Positions 58,561 through 64,000 of a stretch of 64,000 nucleotides of DNA are shown here, one piece after another (position 1 is the first letter of the stretch; every line of letters starts with the position of its first letter). The notes under the pieces were generated by a model. That model did not search any database and had not been told where the DNA came from. It worked only from the letters and a program-made list of their open reading frames with translations. The stretch covers positions 319,052,001-319,116,000 of the forward strand of contig OZ024740.1 of NCBI GenBank assembly GCA_964016885.1. Direction: 5' to 3'. This DNA is from Eledone cirrhosa (lineage: Eukaryota). A program made the translations under genes and the position numbers.

Positions 58561-61500
58561 GTCTATTTCTACAACTTACATTCTATCTGACATTCTAACG
58601 ACTCTAACAATTCGAAGTATTTCTGCTACAATACTCACAACAAATAATCCAGGATTGTCTCGTCTATTTCCACAACTTACATTCTATCTGATATTCTAAC
58701 GACTCTACCAATTCGAAGTCTTTCTACTACAATATTCACAACAAATATTCCAGGATTGTCTCGTCTATTTATACAACTTACATTCTATCTGACATACTAA
58801 CGACTCTACCAATTCGAAGTCTTTCTACTACAATACTAACTTTAAAAAATCCAGGATTGTCTCCTCTATTTCCACATCTTACATTCTATCTGACATTGAA
58901 ACGACTCTACCAATTCGATGTCTTTGTACTACAATACTCACAAAAAAATAATCCAGGATTGTATCGTCTATTTCCACAACTTACATTCTATCTGACATTC
59001 TAACGACTCTACCAATTCGCTGTATTTCTACTACAATACTAACTTCAATTAGTCCAGGATTGACTCATCTATTTCCACAACTTACATTATATCTGATATT
59101 CGAAAGACTCTACCAATTAGAAGTCTTTCTACTACAATACTAACAACAAATAATCCAGGATTGTCTCGTCTATTACCACAACTTACATTCTATCTGACAT
59201 TCTAACGACTCTACCAATTCGAAGTTTTTCTACTACAATACTCACAACAAATAATCCAGGATTGTCTCATCTATTTCCACAATTTACATTCTATCTGACA
59301 TTCTAACGACTCTACCAATTCGATGTGTTTCTACTACAATAGTCACAACAAATAATCCAGGATTGTCTCGTCTATCTCCAGACCTTACATTCTATCTGAC
59401 ATTCTAACGACTCTACCAGTTTGCTGTATTTCTATTACAATACTAACTTCAAATAATCCAGGATTGTCCCGTCTATTTCCACAACTTACATTCTATCTGA
59501 CATTCAAACGACTCTACCAATTCGGAGTCTTTCTCCTACAATACTAACGTCAAATAATCCAGGATTGTCTCCTCTATTTCCACAACTTACATTCTATCTG
59601 ACATTCTAACGACTCTACCAATTCGATGTCTTTCTACTACAATACTAACAACAAATAATCCAGCATTGTATCGTCTATTTCTACAACTTACATTCTATCT
59701 GACATTCTAACGACTCTAACAATTCGAAGTATTTCTGCTACAATACTCACAACAAATAATCCAGGATTGTCTCGTCTATTTCCACAACTTACATTCTATC
59801 TGATATTCTAACGACTCTACCAATTCGAAGTCTTTCTACTACAATACTAACTTTAAACAATCCAGGATTGTCTCCTCTATTTCCACAACTTACATTCTAT
59901 CTGACATTGAAACGACTCTACCAATTCGATGTCTTTGTACTACAATACTCACAAAAAAATAATCCAGGATTGTATCGTCTATTTCCACAACTTACATTCT
60001 ATCTGATATTCTAACGACTCTACCAATTCGAAGTCTTTCTACTACAATATTCACAACAAATATTCCAGGATTGTCTCGTCTATTTCCACAACTTACATTC
60101 TATCTGACATACTAACGACTCTACCAATTCGAAGTCTTTCTACTACAATACTAACTTTAAACAATCCAGGATTGTCTCCTCTATTTCCACATCTTACATT
60201 CTATCTGACATTGAAACGACTCTACCAATTCGATGTCTTTGTACTACAATACTCACAAAAAAATAATCCAGGATTGTATCGCCTATTTCCACAACTTACA
60301 TTCTATCTGACATTCTAACGACTCTACCAATTCGCTGTATTCCTACTACAATACTAACTTCAATTAGTCCAGGATTGACTCATCTATTTCCACAACTTAC
60401 ATTATATCTGATATTCGAAAGACTCTACCAATTAGAAGTCTTTCTACTACAATACTAACAACAAATAATCCAGGATTGTCTCGTCTATTTCCACAACTTA
60501 CATTCTATCTGACATTCTAACGACTCTACCAATTCGATGTGTTTCTACTACAATAGTCACAACAAATAATCCAGGATTGTCTCGTCTATCTCCAGACCTT
60601 ACATTCTATCTGACATTCTAACGACTCTACCAGCTTGCTGTATTTCTATTACAATACTAACTTCAAATAATCCAGGATTGTCCCGTCTATTTCCACAACT
60701 TACATTCTATCTGACATTCAAACGACTCTACCAATTCGAAGTCTTTCTCCTACAATACTAACGTCAAATAATCCAGGATTGTCTCCTCTATTTCCACAAC
60801 TTACATTCTATCTGACATTCTAACGACTCTACCAATTCGATGTCTTTCTACTACAATACTCACAACAAATAATCCAGGATTGTATCGTCTATTTCTACAA
60901 CTTACATTCTATCTGACATTCAAACGACTCTAACAATTCGAAGTATTTCTGCTACAATACTCACAACAAATAATCCAGGATTGTCTCGTCTATTTCCACA
61001 ACTTACATTCTATCTGATATTCTAACGACTCTACCAATTCGAAGTCTTTCTACTACAATATTCACAACAAATATTCCAGGATTGTCTCGTCTATTTCAAA
61101 AACTTACATTCTATCTGACATACTAACGACTCTACCAATTCGAAGTCTTTCTACTACAATACTAACTTTAAAAAATCCAGGATTGTCTCCTCTATTTCCA
61201 CATCTTACATTCTATCTGACATTGAAACGACTCTACCAATTCGATGTCTTTGTACTACAATACTCACAAAAAAATAATCCAGGATTGTATCGTCTATTTC
61301 CACAACTTACATTCTATCTGACATTCTAACGACTCTACCAATTCGCTGTATTTCTACTACAATACTAACTTCAATTAGTCCAGGATTGACTCATCTATTT
61401 CCACAACTTACATTATATCTGATATTCGAAAGACTCTACCAATTAGAAGTCTTTCTACTACAATACTAACAACAAATAATCCAGGATTGTCTCGTCTATT

Positions 61501-64000
61501 TCCACAACTTACATTCTATCTGACATTCTAACGACTCTACCAATTCGAAGTTTTTCTACTACAATACTCACAACAAATAATCCAGGATTGTCTCATCTAT
61601 TTCCACAATTTACATTCTATCTGACATTTTAACGACTCAACCAATTCGATGTGTTTCTACTACAATAGTCACAACAAATAATCCAGGATTCTCTCGTCTA
61701 TCTCCAGACCTTACATTCTATCTGACTTTCTAACGACTCTACCAGTTTGCTGTATTTCTATTACAATACTAACTTCAAATAATCCAGGAGTGTCCCGTCT
61801 ATTTCCACAACTTACATTCTATCTGACATTCAAACGACTCTACCAATTCGAAGTCTTTCTCCTACAATACTAACGTCAAATAATCCAGGATTGTCTCCTC
61901 TATTTCCACAACTTACATTCTATCTGACATTCTAACGACTCTACCAATTCGATGTCTTTCTACTACAATACTCACAACAAATAATCCAGGATTGTATCGT
62001 CTATTTCTACAACTTACATTCTATCTGACATTCTAACGACTCTAACAATTCGAAGTATTTCTGCTACAATACTCACAACAAATAATCCAGGATTGTCTCG
62101 TCTATTTCCACAACTTACATTCTATCTGATATTCTAACGACTCTACCAATTCGAAGTCTTTCTACTACAATACTAACTTTAAACAATCCAGGATTGTCTC
62201 CTCTATTTCCACAACTTACATTCTATCTGACATTGAAACGACTCTACCAATTCGATGTCTTTGTACTACAATACTCACAAAAAAATAATCCAGGATTGTA
62301 TCGTCTATTTTCACAACTTACATTCTATCTGATATTCTAACGACTCTACCAATTCAAAGTCTTTCTACTACAATATTCACAACAAATATTCCAGGATTGT
62401 CTCGTCTATTTCCACAACTTACATTCTATCTGACATACTAACGACTCTACCAATTCGAAGTCTTTCTACTACAATACTAACTTTAAACAATCCAGGATTG
62501 TCTCCTCTATTTCCACATCTTACATTCTATCTGACATTGAAACGACTCTACCAATTCGATGTCTTTGTACTACAATACTCACAAAAAAATTATCCAGGAT
62601 TGTATCGCCTATTTCCACAACTTACATTCTATCTGACATTCTAACGACTCTACCAATTCGCTGTATTTCTACTACAATACTAACTTCAATTAGTCCAGGA
62701 TTGACTCATCTATTTCCACAACTTACATTATATCTGATATTCGAAAGACTCTACCAATTAGAAGTCTTTCTACTACAATACTAACAACAAATAATCCAGG
62801 ATTGTCTCGTCTATTTCCACAACTTACATTCTATCTGACATTCTAACGACTCTACCAATTCGAAGTTTTTCTACTACAATACTCACAACAAATAATCCAG
62901 GATTGTCTCATCTATTTCCACAACTTACATTCTATCTGACATTCTAACGACTCTACCAATTCGATGTGTTTCTACTACAATAGTCACAACAAATAATCCA
63001 GGATTGTCTCGTCTATCTCCAGACCTTACATTCTATCTGACATTCTAACGACTCTACCAGTTTGCTGTATTTCTATTACAATACTAACTTCAAATAATCC
63101 AGGATTGTCCCGTCTACTTCCACAACTTACATTCTATCTGACATTCAAACGACTCTACCAATTCGAAGTCTTTCTCCTACAATACTAACGTCAAATAATC
63201 CAGGATTGTCTCCTCTATTTCCACAACTTACATTCTATCTGACATTCTAACGACTCTACCAATTCGATGTCTTTCTACTACAATACTCACAACAAATAAT
63301 CCAGGATTGTATCGTCTATTTCTACAACTTACATTCTATCTGACATTCAAACGACTCTAACAATTCGAAGTATTTCTGCTACAATACTCACAACAAATAA
63401 TCCAGGATTGTCTCGTCTATTTCCACAACTTACATTCTATCTGATATTCTAACGACTCTACCAATTCGAAGTCTTTCTACTACAATATTCACAACAAATA
63501 TTCCAGGATTGTCTCGTCTATTTCCACAACTTACATTCTATCTGACATACTAACGACTCTACCAATTCGAAGTCTTTCTACTACAATACTAACTTTAAAA
63601 AATCCAGGATTGTCTCCTCTATTTCCACATCTTACATTCTATCTGACATTGAAACGACTCTACCAATTCGATGTCTTTGTACTACAATACTCACAAAAAA
63701 ATAATCCAGGATTGTATCGTCTATTCCACAACTTACATTCTATCTGACATTCTAACGACTCTACCAATTCGCTGTATTTCTACTACAATACTAACTTCAA
63801 TTAGTCCAGGATTGACTCATCTATTTCCACAACTTACATTCTATCTGACATTCTAACGACTCAACCAATTCGATGTGTTTCTACTACAATACTCACAACA
63901 AATAATCCAGGATTGTATCGTCTATTTCTACAACTTACATTCTATCTGACATTCTAACGACTCTAACAATTCGAAGTATTTCTGCTACAATACTCACAAC
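58130..64000. repeat. Regular higher-order repeat: 11-monomer basic unit with 12/13-mer variants, nested in a 23/24-monomer super-unit
   Basis: G of AATAGTCAC at 58230, 59342, 60556, 61668, 62983 (spacings 1112, 1214, 1112, 1315); TTTAAAAAAT at 58841, 61167, 63594 (spacings 2326, 2427). Confidence 0.92.

Larger units (their letters stand above)
1..64000. repeat. 101-bp satellite DNA tandem array, about 633.8 copies, single orientation, running off both window ends
   Basis: Monomer starts (TTTCCACAAC or a variant) at 1, 102, 203, 304 ... 63925; 63924/633 = 100.99 bp. Copies differ from consensus by a few substitutions each. No non-repeat sequence or reverse-oriented copy was seen. Confidence 0.99.

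Noticed and set aside
63671-63856. 61-aa ORF similar to 52256-52480
   Set aside because: The similarity reflects the same satellite block with a different 1-bp deletion (~63724), not a conserved gene.
1-64000. CRISPR-like or other repeat-spacer array
   Set aside because: No unique spacers: the variable segments are 5-6 bp, drawn from a few related alleles, and the whole unit is repeated. No cas genes are present.
1-64000. Telomeric repeat, G-quadruplex or tRNA/5S-derived tandem gene array
   Set aside because: No short telomere-type unit and no regular G3 tracts on either strand despite the skew. I could not recognise any cloverleaf, A/B box or 5S sequence.

Overview
The whole 64 kb window is one uninterrupted, single-orientation, head-to-tail tandem array of a 101-bp monomer: 633 complete copies plus a 76-bp partial copy starting at 63925. 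My indel tally (27 bp deleted, 18 bp inserted) matches the observed net phase drift of -9 bp. Consensus: TTTCCACAACTTACATTCTATCTGACATTCTAACGACTCTACCAATTCGAAGTCTTTCTACTACAATACTCACAACAAATAATCCAGGATTGTCTCGTCTA (A32 C28 G8 T33, about 36% GC, strongly C>G on the + strand). It looks like eukaryotic satellite DNA, possibly centromeric or pericentromeric, but I cannot name the family or the host. I found no unique sequence, transposon, inversion, RNA gene, CRISPR array or credible CDS; the four listed ORFs are translation artefacts of the repeat. The informative structure lies in the variants. These show multi-monomer (higher-order) duplications of 9-24 monomers, a nested 11/12/13-mer to 23/24-mer HOR at the right end, regional variant domains, stepwise mutation histories and chimeric monomers marking crossovers. 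Within the monomer there is ~10-bp TA phasing, a short dyad and a STAR-protein-like RNA motif. All offsets were counted by hand from diagnostic variants, boundaries are approximate (tens of bp), and functional readings are hypotheses only.
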